Assembly: GCA_022841645.1 (NCBI GenBank)
Contig: JALHRC010000009.1
Location: 1-44,328, forward strand
Direction: 5' to 3'
DNA from: Minisyncoccota bacterium
Lineage (GTDB): Bacteria > Patescibacteriota > Minisyncoccia > Phycocordibacterales > UBA918
DNA length: 44,328 nucleotides
The position numbers were made by a program, and so were the translations under genes. Shown here piece after piece: positions 1 to 9,163 of the stretch (its first letter is position 1; the number at the start of each line of letters is the position of its first letter). Below the pieces are notes generated by a model, which was not told where the DNA came from, did not search any database, and saw only the letters and a program-made list of their open reading frames with translations.

Positions 1-152
1 AAGATTTGGATGAAATCCACGCCTTCCTTAACGACCGACCAAGGGAGTGTCTTGGGTTTAGAAGTCCACGGGAGTATTATTATGAGCACACTGTCCTAGT
101 TCGGGGGTGACGGGAGGCCTTTGATTCTACCAAAACTATACCACGAGTATAT

Positions 153-1541
153 CTAAAAGTCATCAGCACCCGGAGCGGTGTGATGGTGGGTGTCAAGATT
201 AAGGAAACGGACGTGCTTGGCGTCGAAGTAGAGCTCGGCCGAACCGACCGGGCCGTTGCGGTGCTTTTCCACCAAGATCTCAGCAATATTAGGACGCTCG
301 GGTTCTTTATCGCGGTTCATTTTGTCTTCACGGTGGATGAACATCACGACGTCCGCATCCTGCTCGATACTGCCACTGTCGCGAAGATCGGAGAGGCGCG
401 GTTTGCCACCACGTTGCTCGACGGCACGGGAAAGCTGTGAGAGGGCGATCACTGGCACTTCAAGGTCGCGCGCCAGGATCTTAAGCGAGCGGGAGATTTC
501 GGTGACTTGCTGCACCATGTTGTCACTGGCCTTCGTAGCAGTGGGGGACATGAGCTGGAGGTAGTCGACGATGATGAGATCAAGACCGTGTTCGTTTTTA
601 AGGCGGCGGGCAGCCGAGCGCATTTTGAGAATATTGTTACCGGCCTGATCGTCGATATGAATCTGCGCCTCCGAAAGTTTCGCCATCGCTTGCTGGACGG
701 CCTCAAACTCGTGGTCGTTTGAAAGCTTTCCAGTGCGTAGTTTCCAAGAGTCAACACCGGCTTCGGCAGCGAGCATACGATCGACGAGTTGCTGGTCACT
801 CATTTCGAGTGAAAAGATGCCCACCGAGGCGCCAAATTTGAGCGCCGCGTTGCGGGTGATGTCGAGCATGAGGGTACTTTTTCCCATTGAGGGCCGAGCG
901 GCGAGGATGATGAGGTCAGACTTTTGGAAGCCCGCCAGGAGATTGTCGAGGGCAGTAAAGCCCGACTGTACACCGCGCTTTTCATCGGGGTTGGCGCTTA
1001 AGTATTCAAATCGTTCCCAGGCTTCGGTAAGTGAGCTACCAATCGTTTTAAATTTTTCGGCAGTAGGGGACTGGGTAGCGTGATAGATTTTCTTTTCCGC
1101 CTGGTCGAGTGCTTCGTCAACACTCTCGGGGTCGCTGTAGCCGATCTCGGCGATATCGTCGGCAGCGTGAATGAGGCCGCGTAGTGAAGATTTTCCTTGG
1201 ACCACTTCGGCATAGTACATAGCGTTGCCGGCCGCCGGGACGGTTTCAATGAGTTCGGTGACGTAGCTTGCGCCGCCGATGCGCTCGAGAGCACCTTGAT
1301 CTTTGAGTTTGCCGACGACACTCACGGTATCGATCGGATTGCCGTGACTAAAGAGGTTCATGATTGCCTCGAAGATGAGACGATGTTTGTCGGCGTAGAA
1401 ACTTTCGGGATAGACCGTTACCGATACGTCGTGCATGGTGTCGGGCTTCAGAATAATGGCACCGAGAAGTGCCTTCTCCACCTCGACGTTGTGCGGCGGG
1501 GTGCGCAGTGAGCGGTTAGTGGCGGGACGGTCGGTGGCCAT
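153..1541 (-). CDS. dnaB: Replicative DNA helicase
   Basis: N-terminal PPHN.E.E.ALLG motif, Walker A AARPSMGKS, IIVDYLQLM, SDLRDSGSIEQDAD, KHRNGP. Confidence 0.98.
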   Translation of the reverse strand: MATDRPATNRSLRTPPHNVEVEKALLGAIILKPDTMHDVSVTVYPESFYADKHRLIFEAIMNLFSHGNPIDTVSVVGKLKDQGALERIGGASYVTELIETVPAAGNAMYYAEVVQGKSSLRGLIHAADDIAEIGYSDPESVDEALDQAEKKIYHATQSPTAEKFKTIGSSLTEAWERFEYLSANPDEKRGVQSGFTALDNLLAGFQKSDLIILAARPSMGKSTLMLDITRNAALKFGASVGIFSLEMSDQQLVDRMLAAEAGVDSWKLRTGKLSNDHEFEAVQQAMAKLSEAQIHIDDQAGNNILKMRSAARRLKNEHGLDLIIVDYLQLMSPTATKASDNMVQQVTEISRSLKILARDLEVPVIALSQLSRAVEQRGGKPRLSDLRDSGSIEQDADVVMFIHREDKMNRDKEPERPNIAEILVEKHRNGPVGSAELYFDAKHVRFLNLDTHHHTAPGADDF

Positions 1542-1631
1542 AGAAGCGTGGCCGTTATTGTACCGCGCAGAGCGGTATGGCGCACCCCGCCGCTTTTTGG
1601 GGACAGACGAGTATAGGGTGGGGATAGCAAA

Positions 1632-1673
1632 ATGGCCGGTGCACTCCCGTAGCTACGGGAGTGCACCGGCCAT
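1632..1673. terminator. 42-bp perfect palindrome, probable terminator of the minus-strand orphan ORF
   Basis: atggccggtgcactcccgtag|ctacgggagtgcaccggccat, 3 bp past the stop of 1677..2297(-), followed by a short T run on the minus strand. Confidence 0.6.
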
Positions 1674-1676
1674 CCG

Positions 1677-2297
1677 TCACGTCCTTTTTCGCCTCGGTCG
1701 CGGTGGGCGCCAAAGGCCGGCGCTGCTGGTGACCTTGTGTTTGGTTTCTTCGGGTTCCACCAAGATGGTGCTGCAGTCGGGCATTGACACCACGACTGTG
1801 GCCACCTTACCGCTATCCAGCACCGCTTGACTAGCGGTGCGGACGCGTTTGCATCCAAAAAGACGCTCGTCAAAGGCTTCTCGGATGGTCAGGAGTGCCC
1901 ACACGGCGTCGATGGCGTGAGGAATCACGCCATTGGCGCTGTCCGAACACATCGGCTGGCGCATGATTTTTGTCCAGCCGGGTCTGATAGCAGCCGTCGC
2001 GCTGTCACTAGAAAGAGACCATCCTTCTGGTTCCGACACTACGGTGTGTGTATATCCAGAAAGCACCTCCCACAGCTCCGGCAGGGTAAAGGGTCGGGTT
2101 GGGTTTTCGACCGCCAGTGCCCTATTGTGCCTACAGTCGGCAACAAATGCGGCGGGTAGGTCTGTGGATTGGTGACCTGAAAGGCCCACGAACAATTCAC
2201 CTGGCAGTCTCCCGTGGCGGTGTAGTCCGTGGAGGGTAACAGCGCTTCGGGTTCCGTGGAGTATGATGGCCGCTTGTGCGACTGACAAGCTAGGCAT
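1677..2297 (-). CDS. Hypothetical protein
   Basis: 206-aa ORF, GAGG-type RBS upstream on the minus strand, hairpin downstream; no recognised family. Confidence 0.55.
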   Translation of the reverse strand: MPSLSVAQAAIILHGTRSAVTLHGLHRHGRLPGELFVGLSGHQSTDLPAAFVADCRHNRALAVENPTRPFTLPELWEVLSGYTHTVVSEPEGWSLSSDSATAAIRPGWTKIMRQPMCSDSANGVIPHAIDAVWALLTIREAFDERLFGCKRVRTASQAVLDSGKVATVVVSMPDCSTILVEPEETKHKVTSSAGLWRPPRPRRKRT

Positions 2298-2468
2298 GCT
2301 ACAACCTCACTTTTCTTGAACACCGCGAGGCGCGCGGCGGCGCGTACAGTCTTTAGCTAGTAAAAGATGGTACACCCGTTTCGGTGGGTTGTCGCGGGGG
2401 TAGGTGCGTAGGCAGAAACAACACGGGCGGGCGGGCACGAAGTGCCCGACCGCCCCAACCATCTCGTT

Positions 2469-2936
2469 TCATCCACCTTGTCCGCTCCTGAAGAGCTGAG
2501 CAGTAATTTCCACATGAAGTGGCCTGCCGAGCTGGTCTCTCAATGGCCACAGCTTCTTGAGGAAGTGCCGCAGTGCGCTGCGATGTGGCCCGAGAAGTAC
2601 CTCTGACTCTCGCCTGGCCCGAATACCCTGGCGCGTGGACTCATGGTGTCCAGTCAGCAGTAGTCCCCGGTTGCAGTGATGGGCTGTCACGCCACTCAGG
2701 CGGCGTTTTAAAAAATGCAGCGCCGTTGACCACGTGCGGTCACATGCGTTCGGGCGCTCAAGGGTTGCCTTCACCGCATGTCTAATCATCTGCTCGAGCT
2801 GAAGTTTTGTCAGGAGCAGCCGTGTTTCGGCGCCAGTGACAGCAAAAACGAACTGAGGGATAGAGAAGGGGTGAAATGGTACAATAAATGGGTGTTCGCA
2901 CCCTTTTCTCTGGCGTTCAGGCACTCTACTCGTCAC
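2469..2936 (-). CDS. Hypothetical protein (start uncertain)
   Basis: Longest ORF in the gap; no recognised motif. Confidence 0.35.
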   Translation of the reverse strand: MTSRVPERQRKGCEHPFIVPFHPFSIPQFVFAVTGAETRLLLTKLQLEQMIRHAVKATLERPNACDRTWSTALHFLKRRLSGVTAHHCNRGLLLTGHHESTRQGIRARRESEVLLGPHRSALRHFLKKLWPLRDQLGRPLHVEITAQLFRSGQGG

Positions 2937-2953
2937 TTCTCACAAGCATTAGT

Positions 2954-4024
2954 ATGAAAAAATCTACCGTTGAAGCACTCATCGATTCCTGGCAGCGCAC
3001 GGGGATAGTGAGTGCTGAGCAAGTTACGCTCATGAAAACCGACTTAGCGCGGGTGACTTCGGAACGTTCAGGGTCGTACTTTATTGCGGCCGTGATGTAC
3101 GTCGGCGCAGCGGCTCTCGCGCTGGGGGCACTCCTTTTCATTTCGTCCAATTGGTCAGCGATGACGAAAGAGATCAAGCTTGGGCTTACCCTCTTGCTTC
3201 CGCTGCTTCCGCTCACGTACGCCTATTATCGTTTGTGCGTTTGTCACTGCGCTACCGTGCTCGGGCGAGCTGCCAATATTCTCGGTCTGGCGCTCATCGG
3301 CGGCTCGATTGCTCTGATTGGCCAGATCTATCATTTACCCGCCAACCTCGAAGGCTTTTTGTGGCTATGGACACTGCTTACCACCCCGTTTCTCTTTATT
3401 TATCGCAAGCCGGAAAACGTGGTCTTCGCTGCCGCGCTTACCGGTGCTGCGCTGTTTGCGAGTCTCGTTAACTGGGTTGAGCGGACGACCTACAGTGACG
3501 GCACGGCACTGCTGCTCTTCACCCTAGCGGTCCTCATGTACGCGGTGGTGCTTAATGGTCTCGGCATACTCTTGCGTGATCATCCTACCTGGGACGTTGG
3601 TGCGCGGTTGTTGCGCCTTGGTAGTGGCGTGATTGGTGTGGTCACACTATTTATCACTACCTTTGAAGAGTACGCGCGGGCGGTGGCCGACGTACCGTAC
3701 TACGCCTACGATGAATTTGGGCGTGCGCTTCAGAGCTCAGCCTCGTGGATGCCGCTTTCACTTATTTTTAACGCCATCTTTATCGTGGTGCTCCTGTACA
3801 TCATGCTGCGCGCGGTGAAATTTGAAGAATATGGCTACGCCTTTACTATCGTGCGCATCTTCGGCCTCTACTTGATTGTGAAGTACTGCACGCTCTTCTA
3901 CGACCTGTTTAACACCGGCATCTTCTTTATGATCGGTGGTCTGTTGTTCCTCGGTGGAGCATTTATGCTCGAGCGGCACAAGGCGCTCTTCTTGCGGTAT
4001 CTTGGTAAGCCAGACCAGGCGTAA
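2954..4024 (+). CDS. DUF2157-like membrane protein
   Basis: W.r.GIVS.EQ N-terminus, LLFISSNW, IALIGQIYHL; many TM segments; ATG 2954 chosen; paired with the GDYXXLXY gene. Confidence 0.85.
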   Translation: MKKSTVEALIDSWQRTGIVSAEQVTLMKTDLARVTSERSGSYFIAAVMYVGAAALALGALLFISSNWSAMTKEIKLGLTLLLPLLPLTYAYYRLCVCHCATVLGRAANILGLALIGGSIALIGQIYHLPANLEGFLWLWTLLTTPFLFIYRKPENVVFAAALTGAALFASLVNWVERTTYSDGTALLLFTLAVLMYAVVLNGLGILLRDHPTWDVGARLLRLGSGVIGVVTLFITTFEEYARAVADVPYYAYDEFGRALQSSASWMPLSLIFNAIFIVVLLYIMLRAVKFEEYGYAFTIVRIFGLYLIVKYCTLFYDLFNTGIFFMIGGLLFLGGAFMLERHKALFLRYLGKPDQA

Positions 4025-4047
4025 TTACCCATACTTACTTTCTCATC

Positions 4048-4611
4048 ATGCACATTCTTCGTAAGCACGTCGCATTTATTGCCGCTCTCACATTTGTCGT
4101 GGGGGCATTCGTCTTTATGATTGTGGGCGCCGAACGAACGCTGCAAGGCGGTGACACGATCATTCTCGCTACGCGGCCAGTCGATCCGCGTGATCTGTTT
4201 CGCGGCGAGTATGTGATTTTGCGTTATGAAATTGAAACTGACACGCAACTCGCTATGATCGCGCAAGCGGGGGCTACGGGAGAAAAGGTGTACGTCGAAC
4301 TAGTTCCAGATGAGCGGGGGGTTGCGCGTGTAGTTTCAGCAACATTCACGCCACCAAGCGTACCGTACCGGTATATGCTGGTAGGAGAGATTGAAAACGG
4401 TGGCAATGCAGCAGAACTATTTCTCGGCAACTACATCGTACGCTTCCCACAGATTGAGCAGTACTACGTCCCGGAAGGTGCTGGAAAGCCTATCGAGCGA
4501 ATGACCGAACTGCATGTAGAGGTGGCGCTGCGTGGTGAGGACGCCCAAGTAGTGCGGCTCCTTGATAGTGAACTTGTTCCTGTTACCCCGACTGATTATT
4601 TGGCAGAGTAG
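4048..4611 (+). CDS. GDYXXLXY-domain membrane-anchored protein
   Basis: PVDPRDLFRGEYVILRY and IEQYYVPEG motifs. Confidence 0.9.
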   Translation: MHILRKHVAFIAALTFVVGAFVFMIVGAERTLQGGDTIILATRPVDPRDLFRGEYVILRYEIETDTQLAMIAQAGATGEKVYVELVPDERGVARVVSATFTPPSVPYRYMLVGEIENGGNAAELFLGNYIVRFPQIEQYYVPEGAGKPIERMTELHVEVALRGEDAQVVRLLDSELVPVTPTDYLAE

Positions 4612-4687
4612 CGAGGGCGGCCCTTGCGCAGCCTCTGCCGCCCCGTCTGCGTAGAGTGAGCGTTGTATACTTAGCCTTACTTAATTT

Positions 4688-5206
4688 ATGCACCGTTCGG
4701 ACATTATAAGTATCGTAGTGACCTTCCTGGTGGGTATGGTAGTAGGAGTGTATTTATATCTCTTTGGTTTTGCGCAGCAATTTGATGTCCTTGAAGAAAT
4801 CAGCGACAGTGGTGGAGAAGAGCTCGTCATTAATGGAGAAGCCTACGGAGGCTGCGCTCGAGGAGGTGGATGCGGAACTTTTCAGGTTGCCGGCGATGGC
4901 GCCTTTACTAGTTTTCCGCCGGTGGCGGTCGGCGACGAACGTCTTCGTCGCACAGGTCGGGTGGACGAGGTGCTGTGGGATGAGTTGTCTCTTATTCTCA
5001 CGCCACTGCGCCTACGTGAACTAGCCACTGAAGCTCCTTCGGGTGACTGCGCTTCGTTTTATGATGGCATTGATTATCGTTTTTACATTGATCGTGGTGA
5101 TGAACGTTTTCTGATTGATACCTGCACCACCTTGCTGCGTACCGACGAAAGAGTGCTCGATCTCTTGCAACAGTTGACTGCTCGTGCTCTGCTTCTTTCA
5201 CAGTGA
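4688..5206 (+). CDS. Hypothetical membrane-anchored protein
   Basis: N-terminal TM helix, paired cysteines. Confidence 0.7.
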   Translation: MHRSDIISIVVTFLVGMVVGVYLYLFGFAQQFDVLEEISDSGGEELVINGEAYGGCARGGGCGTFQVAGDGAFTSFPPVAVGDERLRRTGRVDEVLWDELSLILTPLRLRELATEAPSGDCASFYDGIDYRFYIDRGDERFLIDTCTTLLRTDERVLDLLQQLTARALLLSQ

Positions 5207-5296
5207 AAGGGTGACTCCGGAGGTGCGTACCATAAAGAGAGCGGGCCCTGATAGTGCTTGGCCGCCCGCTCTCATTGTTCGTAACTGATTTTTTGT

Positions 5297-5914
5297 ATGA
5301 ATCACTCAAAGTCGCTCCTTATTGCGATTGCTGCTTTCGCAGTAACTGCTACGGGCGCACAAGCGTACGTGGGAAGCAAGGTGCTGTCGCGAGCCGGATT
5401 CTCGACCGAGCAAATTAGTGCACTGGAGGAAGCTCGTTCATTACGCGCTGATGGGGAACTAAAGAAAGCGCGCGATGTATTAGAGCAAGCGGGGATTGAC
5501 GCTGAGGCAGTAAAGCAGCTGCGTGAGGCAGCCAAAGCGGCGCGCGCTGCTATGCAGGCAGCCGTAGAGGAGGCCGATTACGAAGCATTTAAGGTAGCGA
5601 TTGCTGATACGCCGCTTGCTGACATAATCACCACTGAAGCAGATTTCGATCTCTTCCGTGAGGCGCACGCACTGCACCGCGACGGTGATAACGATGCGGC
5701 CAAGGAGATCTTTGACGACCTAGGTGTTCCCGAGATGGGGGCAGGTGGTGGACATGGTCGTGGTCGTGGACACTGGGGTGCGCACCCCGGTCTCTCGGAT
5801 GACCAGCGAGACGCCCTCCGTGCCGCCCGAATGGCTAATGATCGCGAAACAGTTCGCGCGATTCTCGACGAAGCCGGTGAACGTGATGGATGGGGTATGA
5901 AAGACGTACACTAG
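5297..5914 (+). CDS. Hypothetical secreted helical protein
   Basis: Signal peptide (ATGAQA), Ala/Glu-rich helices, Gly/His linker. Confidence 0.75.
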   Translation: MNHSKSLLIAIAAFAVTATGAQAYVGSKVLSRAGFSTEQISALEEARSLRADGELKKARDVLEQAGIDAEAVKQLREAAKAARAAMQAAVEEADYEAFKVAIADTPLADIITTEADFDLFREAHALHRDGDNDAAKEIFDDLGVPEMGAGGGHGRGRGHWGAHPGLSDDQRDALRAARMANDRETVRAILDEAGERDGWGMKDVH

Positions 5915-5953
5915 TTCTTTAAAGTCCCTTAAGCTCTTTGTAGAGGTACTACA

Positions 5954-5992
5954 GCAAAAACCCCGTGCCCCCTTGGGGCACGGGGTTTTTGC
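5954..5992. terminator. Bidirectional intrinsic terminator
   Basis: gcaaaaaccccgtgcccc-ctt-ggggcacggggtttttgc. Confidence 0.85.
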
Positions 5993-6007
5993 TATACTGA
6001 ATCCCGT

Positions 6008-6673
6008 ATGCAGTACTTAGCCGCACTTATTTTCTTCCTCTGTGTGGTGCCTTCCTCGGCTGTGGCCCTCGAGTATAGTTTTCCGGTACCAACGCGTCCA
6101 TATGAAGTAATCGGGCTCGGTGGTGACGTTACGACCAAGCATGAGTACTATGGCGAGCTCGCTGGTGATCCCATCATGTACGAGGTAGTGCTAGAAAGTA
6201 CCACGGACATCGCAGTACAGCTCTCGCAAGTGGCGAGCAGCAGTGGGGTGCTCCCACTACGTCTTCTTGTCGTAGAGGTGCTCCCGAGCGGGCAAGTGAA
6301 GGAAGTAACGCGCTTTACGGGAGAGGAGTGGCGAGTTTCGCGTGATAGCGTTCTCGCACTTACCTGGCATGAAGCTCCGCTCTACGAGGCGGAGCTCCCC
6401 GCTGGCATGTATCGGTTGGAGGTCAGTTCACCGCTCAATGAGGGTCGCTATCGGCTCACGCTTGGTACCGAAGGCGAGACCGGTGGTTACTTCACTACCT
6501 GGAAGCGGCTCGGTGAAGTGCGGTCATTTTTTGGTCTCTCACCACTGCCGTTATTTTCTTCCACCTTTCTTCTGGCCCACTTCGTGCTCGCCCTCGTGAC
6601 GCTGCTCTGCTGGCGCTTCCTGTGGCCGCGCTGGCGCGACCGCCCACATTCGGAAGAGCACCCCTTGGTATGA
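6008..6673 (+). CDS. Hypothetical exported protein with C-terminal TM anchor
   Basis: Signal peptide, beta-rich body, C-terminal hydrophobic stretch. Confidence 0.7.
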   Translation: MQYLAALIFFLCVVPSSAVALEYSFPVPTRPYEVIGLGGDVTTKHEYYGELAGDPIMYEVVLESTTDIAVQLSQVASSSGVLPLRLLVVEVLPSGQVKEVTRFTGEEWRVSRDSVLALTWHEAPLYEAELPAGMYRLEVSSPLNEGRYRLTLGTEGETGGYFTTWKRLGEVRSFFGLSPLPLFSSTFLLAHFVLALVTLLCWRFLWPRWRDRPHSEEHPLV

Positions 6674-6718
6674 TTAAAGTACTGGTAATTATCGCTGCGG
6701 GGACACTGTTTGCCTATT

Positions 6719-7030
6719 ATGCCTACCAGGTCCTCAAAGACTTTTAGGGTAAAGGAGGCCCAGCTTGCGGCAGGGAAGGGACAAGCGACTTCGTGGTACG
6801 TCTACATGGTGCGCTGCGCTGACGACACTCTCTATACCGGTATCACGACCGATCTCGCTCGTCGCGTGGCTGAACACAATGGCCCCAAAGCCGCGAAGTA
6901 CACCCGCTCGCGCCAACCGGTAACTTTGATATACCAAGAATTGGCTCCAAGTAGAGAGGTGGCACTCCAGCGTGAATATGCTCTCAAGCAATTATCCCGT
7001 ACCCAGAAAATCGCTCTAGCACGTACTTGA
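6719..7030 (+). CDS. GIY-YIG nuclease family protein (UPF0213/YhbQ-like)
   Basis: WYVYMVRCADDTLYTGITTDLARRVAEHN, AKYTRSR, ALQREYALKQL; start uncertain (6710/6719). Confidence 0.92.
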   Translation: MPTRSSKTFRVKEAQLAAGKGQATSWYVYMVRCADDTLYTGITTDLARRVAEHNGPKAAKYTRSRQPVTLIYQELAPSREVALQREYALKQLSRTQKIALART

Positions 7031-7055
7031 CAGAAAAGCAAATATAGTATTCAAT
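7027..7055 (+). promoter_or_regulatory. Candidate sigma70 promoter for the guide array and Tas-like gene
   Basis: Perfect TTGACA (7027-7032), 17-nt spacer, TTCAAT in an AT-rich tract about 16 nt before the first array unit. Confidence 0.5.
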
Positions 7056-7071
7056 ATTAATGAAAGCTCAT

Positions 7072-7599
7072 CGGTGGACTTAAGGTTGTCTAACTCTGTT
7101 GAGAAGGGAACTGTCCGCCTCAGCCAGCGAGGAGTCGCCTCGCTGGCTGACCATTTGGGAGAAGATACGTGTCGTGCTGAAAAGCAAGGAGCACGTTTTC
7201 TCTCACCCACCAAGGCTCTTGCGCCTTGGTGGGACCGTTCTTTGAGTTTGAGGGGTTTTACACGGCGTGTGCTACATTTGCACGTTGGTCGGAAATACCC
7301 CTCACCCGAGCGGATTCGTCCGCTCGGGACCATTTGGGGCGAAGAGAGGACACGTGCCAGCTGGCTAGTGGCTGACTGTCGCTCTACCCGAGGGTGCAAA
7401 CCCTCGGGACTGTTTGGGTGGTTTGGACATCGTTGCTAACGGCGACCATGCCAGTACTACTCAGCCCGAGCGCTTGCGCTCGGGCACCCTTCAAAGCGTT
7501 TCAAGATGGAACGTTTTGAAGGGGAACGAACAGGAAATTGTCTTCTCAGAAGATAATCTACACTCTGTTCCTCTTCCACGCGCACTTGTGTGCGTGGGG
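7072..7599 (+). ncRNA. Upstream structured dual-spacer guide array (6 units, TIGR/bridge-RNA-like)
   Basis: Units at about 7072-7120, 7156-7205, 7249-7304, 7335-7386, 7415-7463, 7521-7573; each is stem, ~10 variable nt, hairpin, ~10 variable nt, stem, separated by GC-rich hairpins; G-U pairs favour the + strand. Confidence 0.8.
7239..7524 (+). repeat. 286-bp direct repeat, copy 1
   Basis: Identical by eye to 9346-9631. Confidence 0.93.
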
Positions 7600-7621
7600 C
7601 ACCTTGACAGGAGTAATCAGA

Positions 7622-9157
7622 ATGACCCGATTCATCGGAATCACCCATCGGGTGAAGCATACCGCCGACGGCGAGGCGCGACCGACACTGGTCGTGCTCG
7701 TCGAGGGTGACAAGACGACGCGCTACGAACTCGATAATGAACAGGCCGAACTCGACTTCGTGCTTGGCAGGTTCCCGACGGCGTGGCGAAACGCCACGCC
7801 CGAGGACAATCCGGCCAACTTCGCGCCGCACCACGGCAAGTGGAAGAGCGTGAGTACGGGCGAGTCCTCGGATGGTATCCCGGAGTGTCAGCTGCGCCGC
7901 GAGGGCAAGATCCTCTATCGGCTTCGACAGGTGCCGGCTGCCTTCGACGGTCTCTGCTCGGGCGACCGCGTTGGAATGATCCTCGGCGGTTCCGGCGATT
8001 ACCTCGCCTACGCACTCTCGCGGCAGGCCATGAAGATCGGCGCTGCCGTGTTGCGTATTCCGGCGTTCGTGCTCAAGGCACGGCGCGGGGAAGCGAATGT
8101 TGCGGAAGACGCCATGCTCCTGGCCACGCTCGTGCGTGACGAGGAGCGCAGCTTCTACCCGCTCGCTGAGACCGATCAAAACCTCATCCGCGCGCGCGAG
8201 TCCTGGCGGGCCCTTCACGAAGCCATGCAGGCGCGTATCGCCGCCGAGCAGCGCAAGCGCCAGCTTGTCATCGGTCAGATCTTCACCGCCCCCGACGGCA
8301 TCTACCCCGAAGGCGGCATCGAGAAGGCCTACGATGCGATCAAGGCCTCCGACCCGATCCTTCAGGGGCTCGTGGCGGAGGAAGGGAGGCGTGAGCGCGA
8401 GCTCGTCGCCGCCCTCGAGAAGGTGCCCGCGTATACGCAGCTCCTTAAGCCTATCGAGGGCGTGGGGCCGCGTATCGCTGGACGCATCATCGCTGCCATC
8501 GTGGACATCCGTCGCTTCGGTGAAGACCTCACCGAAGAGGAGATGAAGATGATGGAGGAGAGCTACGTGCGCAGCGACGAGCACAAAAAGCTCGGCAGGC
8601 TTGCCGAGAACGCAGCGCTTGTCGGTGCGCGGCAGTACAAGACTGAGTACGCGCGCGTGGAGGCCATCGCCACCAAAGTGCGTGATGCGGGCAGGGCCGA
8701 TGAGGCCTGGCACCTCTTCGCACACCTGAAGGAGATGGAGACGCGTCGGAAGCTCCGCCGCAAGGCGAAGAGCCGCAGCGCCGCCAACCTCAAGAAGTAC
8801 ATGGGCGTGCACGTTCTGCCGGACGGCACCTTCCCGCGCCGTAAGCGCGGGGTGGTGGCCAACTGGCATGGCGATGCGCGCCAGGCGCTCTACCTGGCGG
8901 CTGACCAGTTCAATCGTCGGCCTGACTCGGTGTGGGGGAAGGAGCTGCGGGCCGCCAAGGCAAGGCTCCGCGTTATCCACCCCGAGCCAATCATGGTGGA
9001 GAACGGCGGTGGCAAGAAGGTGAAGCGCTACACCGATGGCCATATCCACAAGATGGCCATCTGGCGGACACTCTCGCGGTTCGTCGAACGGCTCTACGTG
9101 GAGTGGTCGGCGCTGGAGGCGCCGCCCCGGCAGCAGGAGTTGCCGAAGGCGGCGTGA
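7622..9157 (+). CDS. IS110/Nop-domain RNA-guided protein (Tas-like) with degenerate RuvC-like N-terminus, 511 aa
   Basis: AGGAG RBS then ATG 7622; KPIEGVGPRIAGRIIAAIVDIRRF and SAANLKKYMGV match the IS110 C-terminal (Transposase_20/Nop-like) pattern; C-terminal GHIHKMAIWRTLSRFVERLYVEW; N-terminal FIGITH, VGMILGG and AEDAMLLA appear to align with IS110 DEDD motifs but lack most acidic residues. Confidence 0.8.
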   Translation: MTRFIGITHRVKHTADGEARPTLVVLVEGDKTTRYELDNEQAELDFVLGRFPTAWRNATPEDNPANFAPHHGKWKSVSTGESSDGIPECQLRREGKILYRLRQVPAAFDGLCSGDRVGMILGGSGDYLAYALSRQAMKIGAAVLRIPAFVLKARRGEANVAEDAMLLATLVRDEERSFYPLAETDQNLIRARESWRALHEAMQARIAAEQRKRQLVIGQIFTAPDGIYPEGGIEKAYDAIKASDPILQGLVAEEGRRERELVAALEKVPAYTQLLKPIEGVGPRIAGRIIAAIVDIRRFGEDLTEEEMKMMEESYVRSDEHKKLGRLAENAALVGARQYKTEYARVEAIATKVRDAGRADEAWHLFAHLKEMETRRKLRRKAKSRSAANLKKYMGVHVLPDGTFPRRKRGVVANWHGDARQALYLAADQFNRRPDSVWGKELRAAKARLRVIHPEPIMVENGGGKKVKRYTDGHIHKMAIWRTLSRFVERLYVEWSALEAPPRQQELPKAA

Positions 9158-9163
9158 AGGGAT

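Noticed and set aside
7538-7621. Upstream TTG start for the Tas-like ORF
   Set aside because: It lies inside array unit F; ATG 7622 has an AGGAG RBS and begins at the RuvC-like first strand.
7622-9157. Ordinary active IS110 insertion sequence
   Set aside because: DEDD and catalytic serine motifs are degenerate, no element ends were recognised, and about 24 guide-like loops far exceed the two of a bridge RNA.
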